Origin: Octopus vulgaris
Taxonomy: Eukaryota
Assembly (NCBI GenBank): GCA_951406725.2
Contig: OX597815.1
Span: 92,318,001-92,382,000, forward strand
DNA: 64,000 nt
Direction of reading: 5' to 3'
The notes beneath the pieces are model-generated. The model was not told the origin of the DNA and made no database searches. It was given only the letters and a program-made list of their open reading frames with translations. Below, piece after piece: positions 26,698 through 40,629 of the stretch. Position numbers and translations under genes: made by a program. Position 1 is the first letter of the stretch. Each line of letters begins with the position of its first letter.

Positions 26698-29220
26698 TCT
26701 GCTACACCATTACAGTTCAGCTGAACTCTCCTATTCTTGTTGTTCCAGCTTCAATATGTGGCTATTGTCTTATTTTTCATCAGTTCTGTTTTTCTTATTC
26801 TTTCTTTAAAATGGTTGTGGATCAAACATTCTGATACACTAACTTTGGTTTCCTTCCACTAGTACTGTTTTTTGTAATCAATTTATAGAATCAGAGAAAT
26901 GAAATTTTAAGAAGAAAGTGAAAGATAGTTGAATGAAATAACTTGAATGAATATGAATTATTAAAGAAAGAGAGAATAGTTTTAAGACACTTCAATACCT
27001 TATAAAGAGCATATAGACCTCTCAAATTGCTCTGCTACAATTTATTTGATCTTTTTTTTTTTTTAAGATAAATTTAATGAAGTATATGTTTTGTTTCCAA
27101 AAGTTTTTTTTTAAATCCAGAGAAATTTTGAAATATTCTAAAATGTACTGCTTACAAACTGAATAGTTTATTAGAATTTCTATAAGATAATGTTCTCTCT
27201 TCAACACATACACCATTTAACAGGTATTTCTAAAAAAAAAAATTGTAGTTGAATTTTTTTCTCAGTATATTGATTCAAATATATTGATCCTTTAAGAGAA
27301 GTTATCACCCTATAAATGGTCATTAAGCATACTATTACAACTTAAATTACAACACCATTTTCATTTATGGTCTCCATATTGCTCAACTCTCTCTACCACA
27401 AATATTTTTTTCTTTTTCAATGCAATAATGTTGAAACTTTTCTGTTCTCAAATGGAGTAACAAAATCTGTCCCTGGACCTACTGGCCCTTATTGTTCATT
27501 TAATTTCATTAATTGAAAACTTAATGGCTGGATATTTGTAGATGTTAGTAAAGACAAAAAAACAAAATGCTGAAAGAGAGAAATTCAAATATTTTTTTCC
27601 CCCTCTTTATTTCTTATGATCTAAACCTTCTAATTATGTGTGAAATTAATTTTTGAGAAGATAACACAAAATTGGATGGTGATGTTAAGTAAAAAGCTTA
27701 CAACTGCTTTCTTATTAATGAATTTACTAATTATAATGTGCAGTGCATTAACACTATTGTAAACCATGCTGCAAAACTTTCAAATGGAGACAGTCTCACT
27801 GTTTTATTTGACAGCAGCAATCTTTTTATTTTACTCCTTTTTGAGTAAAAGTTGTTTGTTGCGTAACTGAATCTGTTCAGGAGTATTTTTGATTACTTCA
27901 GTTTGTGGAGTTCTGATTGCTGCAGGCATTGTGTTCTGCTGTTTAACTTTTTCTGTTTTCTACCATTGTTAAACATTTCATGGCAGCATTTTATGTATGT
28001 TATGGACAGAAGAATGTTTGTAGCCCCAGCATATGTATGTACATAATGGTCATTCTGATGTTATTTATTTATAGTTATTCTCCACTATAAATATGCAATT
28101 CATTTTGATATTTTGCCAGCTATGTCAATGTTTGTCAAATTTCCACTATATATTTTTGATTTTTACACCAACTTATCAAAAAATATCCTGCCCATCATTT
28201 TTTTTTTATTGTGTCTTATAATATTTTTTCTGTAAGTGGAGGAATTCTCAATCTGATTTTATGAAAACTGAGGAAATCCTGGCTGTTGAGATACACTTTG
28301 ATGTGCTATAAGCTTTGCTTGTAAATACCTAACAGCTATATGGCTACTTGGCTTCTCTTCATTATCTTTCAGAATTTCCATCAACCTCACACATTTAACA
28401 TCAGCATGAATACTGATACTGTGTTTTTCAACATAAGTTAAATGATATCATCCTCTTGGAAGAAGGAATTTTTAGATTAATTTCCAATTCCTTTCAGAGT
28501 CATTTGATCTCTGTAATATTTGACACTTTATTTTCTCTAAATTGCCTGCTGTCTGTCAATAATTGTATGCACATATGTACATATATGTTGTGTACATATA
28601 TACATACGCTGTGTATGTATATGCATATACTGTGTATTCCTGTTTAACTGCATGTTGCTTCATATTAACCTACCAAAAGCTCAACCCACTGCTAGAGTTT
28701 TGTAAAATCTTAAATTGTCCTACTACTGGACACATATTACTCAGTCAACTATTGAGCATATGTGATTTAGCTCACAGCTGGGTATTTGTGGTTCCTGACT
28801 TACCTAACTACTAGGTAATTGTGAATCCTGACATACTCTACAACTAGACAATGGTTTCTTCCATGTTTTGATGTTTATAGGGCAACAGACAGTGTTATTT
28901 TATCCTTAGTTTAAGATCAGTTATAATCTCCATTTCATCATCATTATCTCTAAATTCTAATTCATCACTTTTAAATTTGGATTCATCAGTTTTCAAAAGA
29001 ACTAATTCATTACAAAAATTTAAGACCACTCCCTCTCTCTTTCATGCATGTGTAAGTTTGTTTCTCCTTCTCATGTCAATTGTATCATTATCTTGACTTC
29101 CAACTAAGCCACAAACCTCTGTGATACAATCTGACATGGCCAAAATGTCATGCAACTCTTTGATGACCTCCATCAGATTGTATATCTTTTTCCTTGCAAA
29201 TGGAACTTTTTTTTTCTTTC

Positions 29221-29230
29221 AATAAATAAA
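29221..29230 (+). terminator. Candidate SURF4 polyadenylation signal (overlapping AATAAA x2)
   Basis: AATAAATAAA ends a ~2.5-kb stretch after the stop that lacks recognisable repeats, with GT-rich sequence downstream. An earlier ATTAAA lies at 26960-26965. Confidence 0.4.
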
Positions 29231-32200
29231 AAATATTTAGAGAAAAAGGTTTTAAAATATCTGCGAAAGTAAATTTAAAAAAAATTTTCTTTCATATCTG
29301 TCACAGCATCAGTTTGTGGTGATATTATGAGTGGTGGCATTTTTATGGCTGATGGTTTAACTCTGGTTGTGTGTTTATAGTAATGTATTTGTTTTAAATG
29401 AAGAGCGCAATCTGTGTGTGCATGATATATGTATATATGTTGTTCAGCCTGAAGTCAGCCTTGATTCACTAGACTTTAAAATCAAAGAATACCAGCCATG
29501 ACCATTCTCTTTTTTCCGGTACTGTGTCCAGCACCACATCATCCAATGTATCCTTTTCTAAAATGGTAGGATGTAATTTGGTTCAACATTATGATATATA
29601 AAACTAGAAGTAACCAGCTGCTTCATTTGACAACAAATTTTCTCTCTCCTTCAAATTGTGAGGCATTAGATAGGTGATAAGTGGACTGTAAAGACTGAAC
29701 AATCAATCCTTATGAATTAAAGTGCCTGTTTTATAGGGCTGTTAAAGAAAATCAGTATTAAACAGATGGGAAATGTTATCTTGAACATGGGAGTAATCAA
29801 TATGAAATGATTATGATAGTATTTATTTGTTTGGACAGGGCTCATGACCCTTTTTCAAGGTTTCCTCTATTGATGGGATGGAAACCTCAAGCCACAGACT
29901 TGTCGCAATTGTTTACATGTACAGAGTGGACTCTCTAAAGGCACTCAAGGACCAGGTAGAGATGTTAAACTAGGTGATGGGCTAAGTCTATCATTCAGGT
30001 AGACCATGGTAGGATTTAAAGTCAGGACACAAAGAGCTGGAACAAATATTGCACAGCATACCAGCCAAAGCACTAATAGATTCTGCCAATTCACCATCCC
30101 AGAATAACACTTTATTCATTGACCATAAAAGATAAAATTGACTCCAGTGAATACTCAGAATAAATACCATGAGGCATTTCATCCAATGCCAATTTACTGC
30201 TAGAGAGACTAGTGTAATTAAGAATCAAGTACTTTGTTCATAAATAGAATTTAGTATCATGAAAAAATATAGGAAGAGTTGACACATCAGTTAGCAATAT
30301 AAACTTTATTGACTTTGTCAATTGAAGATCTCATACAAGCATCAAAATTTATGTATTAAAAAAAAAAGTTTAGTTTGGCTAGTTGAGGCGTTGGGCCTTG
30401 CCTGGATACAGAAATTTTACTCTTCATAGGTAGGAGCAGAAACGCACGAACCGTATGCCTGCACCTCAATGTTAAGTTAATATCCATCCATATTACCCAA
30501 GAGCTCTTTTAAATGAGATATGAAAGTAATTGTGTAATATATGATCTATCAAACTTTTATATAAATTAAGTCCATTTAACAGAGCATAATACCTGAATAT
30601 TTTGTAAATATAAACAAATTTATTTGTGAAACAACAATGTTCTACTTCATGATTGAAGCTATATACTAACTTTTTGGAGATATTTTTAAATGAAGAATTT
30701 TAATAACTGCAGTGTTCCAGTATATATTTTGTCTATACAGTGTCACCTGAGAAAGTGAGTGATACAGAAAAAGGAAGAATGTACCACTCCATGACAACTA
30801 TCAGTCTTTTCTTGAATCTTCCCTGTCTTACCTCAGGAGGACATCCAACCTAGGATTTTTTTTCTATCGTGTATAATTCCAGGATGATTTTAGAGTTGCA
30901 TGCAAATTTTGGAAAATATTCATTTAAAATGTTAATTCAAAACAGACATTGGTGCTTATATAGTTTATTAATTTCTTTTGAGTAAATAGAAACGGCTACA
31001 TTTTAAAGGAGTACATGGGATGTTGTAATGTTTATACCTCTAGCAAACATCTTGGTAGTATAAATGAAGTGGAAAACCATTTTACAGTTTTGACTCAGAA
31101 ACACCAAGAAGTACTTTTTAGCTAAAGAACAGTTACCAGAAACTTAATTGAAGAAATCTATACCATTCTGCTTGACACAACATGTATTCAAGTATTGCTT
31201 TCAACAGCCTTGACTATGGAGGAGGATCACCAAATTTAACATAATAAAGATCTATAAATTTATGCAGCAAAATAGAAAGGAAATTTATAAAATCTGGAAT
31301 TTCTAATAGTCCTGCTTGTCTTTATTGCTCACTAATTTGAAATGAGAGTTACCTTCATACTGTTTATAGTCTTAGAATTTTTTTTAGAATATCTAAACTG
31401 TATCCCTTAGAAAGTTTTCTGTATCCACATTTTTTTTCAATTAAGTTTTCATATTCGATTTCATCCTCACATAAAGAGTTACATACTTTTTCAGTCTTTT
31501 TGTAGAATTATTTCTTCGAAAATTTTATTCGTTTTGTGCTTGAACTTCAAAATAATACAATTTTTTTATCTTTTTAAATTGGAGATCTAAATGTTTTTAT
31601 TTGCTCATCCATTCCAAGTTGTGATTTTTCACCAAATTCTTTCATAAAAGTGATATTAGGTTCCACTTAGGGACTGTCTTCAACTAGATCCAAAATATTT
31701 GTCTATAGTCTATTTCTTTACCTATTGAAGTATTTTAGTTTCTTCTAATCAAGATCTCTTTTCTTTTGTATAGTTATAGGCACCTGTCCATTTGGTAATA
31801 CACACAATTTTTGGAGAATATGATTTTCTTTTGGGTAATGTTAGAAATAAATGAGGAAAAAGTGCTAGATTTGTTGGGTCTTTGTCCCTCAGAACTTGAA
31901 TAACTTGTCTAGCTTCCAAGTCAGTCCTGGATAAGTAGACCTATACTAAAGTATTCCAGGTGTGATCTAATCTTTTACAGGCATAACTTCTCTGACTGCA
32001 CCATCAAATATGTCCATGTGATTTTTTTTTCTTTTGAAAAGCAGTAGGATATGATTTGAGTGTGAAATTGGTTGTTATTTCTAGCAGGTTAATTGACTAT
32101 GTAGAATTTCACTCATTAGGGCAATAAATACTAATAATTTACTAACATTTGTTCAATGAACTCTGAATTTAATAAAGAAATCAAATTTAGTAGAAACAAA

Positions 32201-34718
32201 GCATATCCCAATCTCAAGAGAACTGTCTTGTTTATTGTTAATGTAACAAGCACTTAGCAACCACCTCTCCTCTACATCGAGCCCAGAGAGCTTGTATGTA
32301 GTCTTTTGACCTGCTAGGAACACACATCAAATTATATGCTGTCATCTTGAAAAGCAAGAGGTGTTGTATAATATAGTCCTAGATATGCAATGCTCAAGAA
32401 GGTAAAATGATCATGGTTTGAAGGGTTTTGCTCAGAGGGCTAATTACAGTTTCTGCAAGTATTGATCTTTCTCTCTACATGTGTTTATATCTTCCAAAGT
32501 CCATTTGATTCCCCTTCAATTTCGTACTATCCTGCAGTAACATGTACATTCAGTATTTTCTTAGACAATGCTTGTGAGATAAAGAACTATGTGTTATCTC
32601 CTCTTACTATTCTTTTCTCTTGTACCAGTTAAACATTAACTGTGTAGCTTAACATATGCATTTCATTTAATTGTAAAGTCCACAAGTAACAAGATACAAA
32701 CCAGAGCTAGTGTAAGCCTTGACAGTGTTGTGTGTATGTGTGTAGTTTTGGTTGAGTGACAATAGGGATGATAAGAAGGATTTGTGAATCTGATGAGCTC
32801 GATTAACGGTGATAAGAGACAGTTTACTAGTGCAGAAGAGCTTTTTTATTTATTTATTTTAACTTGGGGTTTGGAGAACCTGCAAGGGAACCAGTAACAA
32901 CAGATCATATTTCATCTCCTTTTGTGGAAGCATATTTTCAGGATTCCACCTATTTCATGTAACAGATTATTAGTTTGTGGAACTATGTAAAATATTTGCT
33001 TTGCTAAGTTGAAAGTTTAATTTGGAGAATTGGATCTCCAGCTTCAGAAAATTTCCAGTTTTATTTCAAAATTTCATTTGATTTTATAGGGTTTCTGTTG
33101 TTTACTTATATTGATAGTGTTCAGTTGTGCAGGATCTCCAACATTCAGATAACTGTATAAGCTTCAGGATAATAATCAGATTTACATGTGAAGAAAGTAA
33201 TTTACATGAAGCCCTTATTTGCAGTTAGTACTATAGACAAAATTGTGTTGATCTTATTGTTTCTGTTAATCTCAGCTTAAGTTGATACCTGCTATAAATT
33301 CTCACAAACAAAACTTAATAGATGGTATTAAATCTTGTTCAAACAGGTTACTAAAAACCTATGTTTAGTGACTGGTAAATATTTTACAGGTGTTTCACTG
33401 TAAGCAAAGTACTGATTTTTTTTTTTTCTAGAAATTAAAAATATGATCAAATACTGATTTTGTTTGATTGGTTACAAAATCAATTTCTGTAGGTGTGTGG
33501 ATATACAGTCAGTTGAAGTGATCTGGTAGTTTATTGTTGCTTTGTCAGGTTTGGACAGATGAAACAGAGTTGATCCTGGCAAGTTTTGAACCTAGAATGT
33601 AGAACAAAAATCAATACTCTAATACATTTAGCTTAGCAACTTACCATTTCTGCCACTTTGCTGCTTTAATCTAGTGATAGACCCAAGTGGATTTTTTTTA
33701 TTACTTAGCTCAAGATAGATCTAGCTTGCAAGGGATCAATACAGACCCCCTCTAAACTGTATGGAAAACGCTGAGAGGCAGAAAGTTTTATCTAGGAGCA
33801 GTCTTGTTGGTCAGTAACATCCCGTTGGTAACTGTTAGACATGGTAACACTAGATAATCTTCAATGAAGACTGGTTTTGAAAGTAATTAAAGATGTTTAG
33901 TGTATCTTATACCACATCATCTAGCATCATTCAGCTATCAAGTGAGAGAGCATTTCTTCCTTCAAACTACACTACCTTAAAAAAATTTAAAAATTGATCA
34001 AAGACTGAATCCCTTAGCCCCAGCTCAGCTCCAATCAATTATATAACAACCATATAACTAAGCTAAGAAGAGAGCCTTTATATGGTCTCTCAGCCTATTG
34101 GAAACAGCATCCAGATTCCCCTCAAATTACACTACTGTTTTGAAATGGAACAGTATAGTCCTAGCAAGAATGAGATGGTCATAGTTGGAATGCTGTTCTT
34201 GATAGGTCTGCTCATCTCTGAGGTTAAACAACAGGTAAATAGCTATTAAATATTCAATCATTATTATCGTTTAGCATTCACTTTCCAATGTTTTCATGGG
34301 TAGGTGGAATTTGTTGGGGCAGATTTTCAATATCCAGATGCCCTTCCTATCATTAATTCTCATCTACTTCTAAGTAAGGTCATGTTTTCATGGAAGATTT
34401 GATAACAAATAGTGCCACTTGTATGATGGTGACACGTATTTACAATTCACATAAGATGTCAGGACAAGCAGGCAATAAGCCCACACATACATAGGCCTCT
34501 TTCAGTTTCCATCCACCAAATTCACTCAAAGCTTTGGTTGGTTTGGGGTAATAGTCTGACTCCAAGGTGCTGCACAGTGAGACTGAACCTGTTACCATGT
34601 GGTTGGGAAGTGAACATTCGTACAATCAACAACTGAATTATAAATACCAAACCTCTAGAGTTATAAAACCTAGACAACAATGGACACTATTCATCTACAG
34701 TACAGACATTTATGCAGA

Positions 34719-36195
34719 ATCATTGTTTAATGTCCGTTTTCCATGGGTTGGACGGTTCGACTGGGATCTGGAAAGCCAGGAGGCTGCACAAGTCTGATCT
34801 GGCAATGTTTCAACAGCTGGATGCCCTTCTTAACACCAACCATTCTAAGAGTGTAGTGGGTGCTTTTTACATGCCACAGGCACGAGAGCCAGTCGGGTCG
34901 AGGGAGCTGGCATCAACCACGTTTGGAAGCTGCTTTTTACATGCCACCGGTACGGATCACAACTACAATTTTCATTTGTGATTTGATTTTATTTTGATGT
35001 TGATGTACTTGACTCAATAGGTCTCCTCAAGCACGGTATGTCACCCTACAATCCAAGGGTACTTTTTGAGTTGGCTGGTTATATGACACTTTATTTGCCG
35101 GGTTTTCTCTGTCACAGCATATCTCCAGAGGTCTCTGTCTTTTGTCATTTCCTCTGTGAGGCCCAACATTTGAAAGTCATGCTTCACCACCTCATCCCAT
35201 GTTTTCCTGGGTCTCCCTCTACCCTGGATTCCTTCCACTGTTTGGGAGTGGCACTTCTTCACACAGCTCTCCTCATCCATCCATAGTACATGACCATACC
35301 AATGCAAATGTCTCTCTTGCATGCCACATCCAATGCTTCTTATGTCCAACATTTTTCTCAGGGTGCTTACACTGTTGTGTGCACACACTGACATTACACA
35401 TCCAGCAGATCATGCTAGCTTTATTTCTTTTGAGGCTACACATGTCTTCAGCAGTCACAGCCCATGTTTCACTGCCATGAAGCATGGCAGTTCACACACA
35501 TGCATCGTACAATCTACCTTTGACTGAGTGAGAGGTCCTTTGTCACCAGTATAGGTAGAAGCTGTCTGAACTTTGCCCAGGCAATTCTTATTCTAGTGTT
35601 AATGCTCTCTGAGCATCCATCCCCACTACTGACTTGGTCCCATAGGTAGTGGAAACTATCAACTACTAGTTTCTCCCCCTGGCATGTGATGGAATCTAGT
35701 TTCTGAGCATGTGTGGTGTTTATTGCCTGTGCATCTGCCGCACACAAAAGCTATCTTCCTATGATATTGCTGCACCTCTTTTGCATCCATAGCTTACACT
35801 GGGTACATCTTATGGAGTTTCTACCTATACCTTTTCTATAGATCAAGCAGAGCCACCTACCTGAAGGGTTTTGTGATATGTTCACCTTCCTACTTAATAA
35901 GACTTTGGTTTTAGCTAGGTTAACCCTAAGGCCCTTCGACTATAAACCTTGCTTCCATACCTGAAATTTCTTCTCTAGTTCTGGTAGTGATTCTGCTATG
36001 AGTGCCAGGTCATCAGCATAGAGGTGCTCCCAGGGCAACCAGTCTTGAATTCCTCTCTTATTGCCTGAAGGACTATGATGAATAAGAGGGGGCTGAGGGC
36101 TGATCCTTGGTGGACCCCTACTTCTACCCGGAATTCTTCACTATACTCGTTGCCAACCCTAACCTTACTAATGGCATCTCTGTATAGGGCCTGCA
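34719..36195 (-). mobile_element. 5'-truncated RTE-clade LINE (RT C-terminal half plus 3' UTR)
   Basis: Minus-strand remnants VGVHQGSALSPLLFIIV, LYADDLAL, RVNLAKTKV, MLHGSETWA, LHWYGHVLWM, GRGRPRKTWDEVV, followed by the family 3' UTR. Confidence 0.9.
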
Positions 36196-36361
36196 GAACT
36201 GTTTGAATAAATTTCAGTTGTAAGAAAATACCATTACAATTGAGTAAATTTTCTCAGGTGAGACACTGTCTGACGTGTAAAAATTGAAAACGTGAATTTT
36301 GAGTATTTCAATGTATAATTTTTCAGTGATTTGGACCTCAAGGAAGCAAAGTGGCTGAGTT

Positions 36362-36643
36362 CCTTTCAAGCGATGGGCCTCACAGAGGCAATGACCAAGA
36401 CTTTTGGCATTATGTCATGCTTGAGAAGACCTGTCAAGCCCAGCAAAGCCGCAGATACCAGTGTCATGCAAATGGCACGAAAAAGCACCCATTACACTTT
36501 CAGAGTGGTTGGCTTTAGGAAGGGCATCCAGCCGGAGAAAATTATGCCAAATCAGACTGGAGTCTGATGCGACCTTCCAGCTTCCCGGCCCTGGTCAAAC
36601 TGTCCAACCCATGCCTGCATGGACAACAGACATTAAATGATAA
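36362..36643 (+). mobile_element. RTE LINE 3'-end fragment
   Basis: GLTEAMTK.. ORF end, then aaaagcacccattacac..ttaggaagggcatccagcc..ccaacccatgcc..taaatgataat tail. Confidence 0.8.
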
Positions 36644-39415
36644 TAATTTCCTCTATAATATTGTTTACAACATTTTCTATTATTTGAATAATTAACAGAT
36701 CAAATGTCATTAAACAATAATGCACTTCTAATTCAAAAAAGATTTCTCAGGTCTGACCAAGAAAAAAACGACTGAGTCCATGGTATTTGCAGGCTTTTGT
36801 AGACCAGAATAAGGAAGCAGGTCAGGCCAGTGTAGTTAATGTTCTGTCTGAACTGCTGAATATCAGTATTTTGAGAGAAAATATGTGACATGAGAATTAG
36901 AGAGTAGTGCAGGTTTGAGGTGGAAAGATTGGAGTAAATAGTATACTAAAAAAAAAAATCAATAAAAAAATAAGAGAAGGAATTGAAACAGGTGCAATCA
37001 TGAAAAGAGCACATAGTTGGTGAGCTTAAAGAACAGACAGTATTGCAGAAGATAAAGAGATGTCTTGAAGTGAGAGTGAAGTCTTGCCTCATCATTTTAT
37101 AATCAATTTTTCCATGCTGAATGTGACTGCCATATAGTACTGTGTTGCAAGCTTTTGAGCCAGGTGAGGATAATTTTGTCCCTTCTTCACATGAGTATCA
37201 GATCAGGAAAAAGGGTCATAACACTGTCTTTCTTGTGATTAAGCCATTCACTTAAACAAAAAATTTAACATTAAACATTCAACAGAACATGCTTATTACA
37301 TTTCTCTTAAGCTTGACAATCTTCTGCATTATTTAATGTCCATGTTAACTTTCTTTTATTCATATCTTTATTTTGTTAATTTATCTTGCATTTTGTAAAC
37401 AAGAGCCTTGGTTACAGATTTACAAAAGGCTAATCACTGGTTCACAAAAGGCTAATCACTGGTTCACAAAATTTATGATGGTGACTGAAAAGCAAGTATT
37501 TACACAACTCAAGCAGAACCAATACCACAAGGTATTTTTGTTCAAAGGCACCAGTTTATTGCTTTTCTCATTGTTATTTACATCTTACACAAGCAGTAGT
37601 ACAAGACGCAGATGTATGACAGTCTTGTGCACAGTTTCTGTCGACCTAATTCTATTTGTAAAGCATTGATCAATGCTAGGCTACAATAAAAAAAAAACTA
37701 CCCTCAGTGCCATATCGCTACATGGAACCTGGAATAATGTAGCTGTGAAGCAAACTTCAAAGCCATAAGGCCATGTTTGCTCCTATTGAAGATAGTTTAG
37801 AATGTAAAAGTGTTTAATGGGTAGCCAGTCCCAAATTTGTAATGCATAACTCTTGGCCTGTTCAAAGCATTCTCACAAGTTTGTTCTAAACGTTCATACT
37901 TGTTTTCAGATTTTCAGTTGGCCATTGTTGTATAAAATAAAGCTTTCTTTTTGTAAATCTCAAGTTACTCTGGTGGTTGAAAAAATCGGGAATGTGTATC
38001 ATATGTGATGCATGGTCACCTGGGGAATATATCCTGTGTTTCATGTGATACACCGGAAAGGTAAAGGGTTAGAGAGCCAGCAACTGTTCCAGGGTGAAAT
38101 ATTTTTGCTTCTGATCAGAAGATCCAGTTTTTGTAATATAATTCCAATGAAAAATTATCAGTGATTGTTGAAACCTTGTATTTGAGAGAAAAATTTAGAT
38201 GTTTCTCGTTATGTGTTGCCTATGAGTAGTGTTGATAAGCTTTCTTGATATGTGTAATGTGGCTTGTTTTGTAGATGAGGATTCCTGCACAGAAATTTCA
38301 AGGATGTATGTGGTAGAAGCCTGTAGATGGAAAGTGAGGCAGGATGTAGGGTGGTGTCATCTATATAAGAGCATTTCTAAAAGGATATAAATGCCTCTAC
38401 AAGCTATAAAATCCTCTTGTATACCAGAATTTAGCTTAGGTTTCATAAAAAATAAATTTTCCCCTGCAGTAGATGCCAGTTTCTCGCCGGGTACATTCCC
38501 ATGTTGATCTGGTACTTGTTCTTACTGACAGATAAGTTCATCAGAAACCAAGTTGATAAGGAGCCTCTGCATCAATGATCTGCTAAAAATAACAGTCAAA
38601 TCTTCAACCAACACCCTTCTATTTTTTTTTAAAATTGCACATTGGATAATGTAGCTATAGGAATACTACATAGAAATGAAAGACAGGATGACCATGGTTG
38701 GAAGGCCTTTGATCATGGATCTGTTCAATTAAGGCCAACATAAACAACAACAACAACAAAAACAGATTATCATTCATAAAAAAGAAACCCTGTGTAGGCA
38801 GGAATTTGCAGAAATGTGTATATTGAAATAATAATATATCAAGATGAGAAATGATAATGTCCATGGAAATATGAATCAATCTTTTAACAATTCAGGTAGA
38901 ATGAATATTTAGAAATGGTATGAAGCGAAGAGTTCACTGTTTTAAAATAATTTTAAAAAAGAGGCAAAAATATTTTAAAACATCTGTAGCCAACTTATTT
39001 CCTAAAAAAATTATGTTTTTAGCTAAAATCAGGTTTGCTCAGAACAAAATGTCCTGAACTGGTTTGTCTTTATTAGTGTCTGTTGATAAAAAGGTGCTTA
39101 TAATAATACTATAGAAAACCTTGAGTGAGCATTAAAAAGTGTGAATATTACATATTTGTCTAAGAGCAAAGATTTCTTTTTCTTCCTTTTTCCAAAAATG
39201 GATTAATTTAAAAGATAAATATATTGTGCAGTTATTTTATGTCATGGACAAAAGTTCAGATTTTTAAAAAAGTTCATTTTTTTCCTCTAAAATGATATAT
39301 ATATATATATAATTTTTTAAATTATCCATTACTATCTTTGGAGCAGATATTTTCACTGGCCATTGCACAGCAGTGACCAATTGTACAGAGAGAAATCAAC
39401 CAGTCAAGAGACAGG

Positions 39416-39450
<35 letters not shown>

Positions 39451-39585
39451 AAACTGACTTATAAAACCAGTTTTATTTCCTTTGACAAATTTTGTAGAGA
39501 AGGAAACCAAATAAGGTCATTATTTTTCTATAAATAAATACATCCACTCTGCATTTATGCCATATGCAAATTGTGGTTTTTCCTA

Positions 39586-39586
<1 letters not shown>

Positions 39587-39622
<36 letters not shown>

Positions 39623-39688
39623 TATATATATACGCACACACATACATATATATATATAGATATATATGTAAAATATATATATATATAT

Positions 39689-39760
<72 letters not shown>
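39587..39760. repeat. Compound (TA)n/(CA)n microsatellite
   Basis: Directly visible. Similar tracts at 41990-42180, 44945-45009, 60150-60185; (TAG)n at ~60830-60864; (TCTA)n at ~15448-15476. Confidence 0.95.
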
Positions 39761-39764
<4 letters not shown>

Positions 39765-40427
39765 GAGAACAAAATGGAGGAAAAATAACAAACTGAAGTG
39801 TGTCTTTTGCACTAGTAAGCCTTTATTTAATTAGTAAATAAAGGTAAAGAGTGAGAGTGATGTTGTTTACAATAGTGAAGAAAATATATATTTATATTTT
39901 TGCCTTGTTGCCAGTGGTAGACATCATCAGAAGGAACAAGTCAGACATAGAGAGAAGAAGAGTAAGATCAATGGTTACATTGGAAAAGAGAAGACCAAAG
40001 ATTCAAGTGTCTTACATTATAGTTGGGTTCACAGTTTGTTAAGTCCATTGTGAGATGGATAAAGAATATAAGTTAGTTGGACCTGTGGTCTCGTGGTTAT
40101 TCAGTGGCATGTCTTGCACGTGTCTGTGATTTCTAGGGGTTACCCCCAGAAGTTACAGGCAACTATAATGTAAGACATTCAAATCTTTGATCTTCTCTTT
40201 TCTGATGTAACCATTGATCTTTCACTCTTCTTCTCTCTACCTCTGACTTCTTCGTCCTGGTGATGTCTACCATTGCCAATGAGGCAAAAATATAAAAATA
40301 TATTTTTCTCACCATCATAAACAACTTCACTCTCACTCTCACCTTTATTTACTAATTAAATAATGGTTTACTAGTGCAAAAAACACACTTCTGTTTGTTA
40401 CTTTCCCCCATTTTCTTCTCGTCTATA
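39760..40427. repeat. Long inverted repeat (foldback), arms ~265 bp, spacer ~135 bp
   Basis: 39760-40025 (agacgagaac..cttacattatagttg) is the diverged reverse complement of 40160-40427 (caactataatgtaag..ttctcgtct). Confidence 0.9.
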
Positions 40428-40629
40428 TAAATTAAACTACAGTTACCCGCTAAATTACCTGCTGCTGTATATACCTTTTACCAAGGAATATGCCTACTGA
40501 GGTAACTACCAGAAGTGCCTTTGGATATATATATCCCTTAGAGACTTTAAACACTTCTAACTTATACCTACATATATACATACGTATATACATATATATA
40601 TATATATAGAGAGAGAGATACATATATAT

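Noticed and set aside
30960-31230. Coding-like stretch between SURF4 and TECPR1
   Set aside because: Stops in the plausible frames, no consistent splice sites and no recognisable domain.
32788-32830. CTGATGAG as another hammerhead core
   Set aside because: No properly placed GAAA box or pairing stems.
37830-38500. Possible piggyBac-like end (AAAGGGTTA at ~38063-38071) and coding-like sequence
   Set aside because: No matching second TIR or TTAA duplication and no convincing transposase motif.
39473-39812. ORFs rich in YI/CV/HT dipeptides (also 41887-42337, 11419-11676, 58198-58386)
   Set aside because: Translations of (TA)n, (CA)n and purine-rich simple repeats, not genes.
40130-40150. GGGGTTACCCC motif shared with 51050-51062, first taken as a repeat-family or ribozyme stem
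   Set aside because: The 51 kb instance is TECPR1 coding sequence (RRGVTP). The match is short and coincidental.
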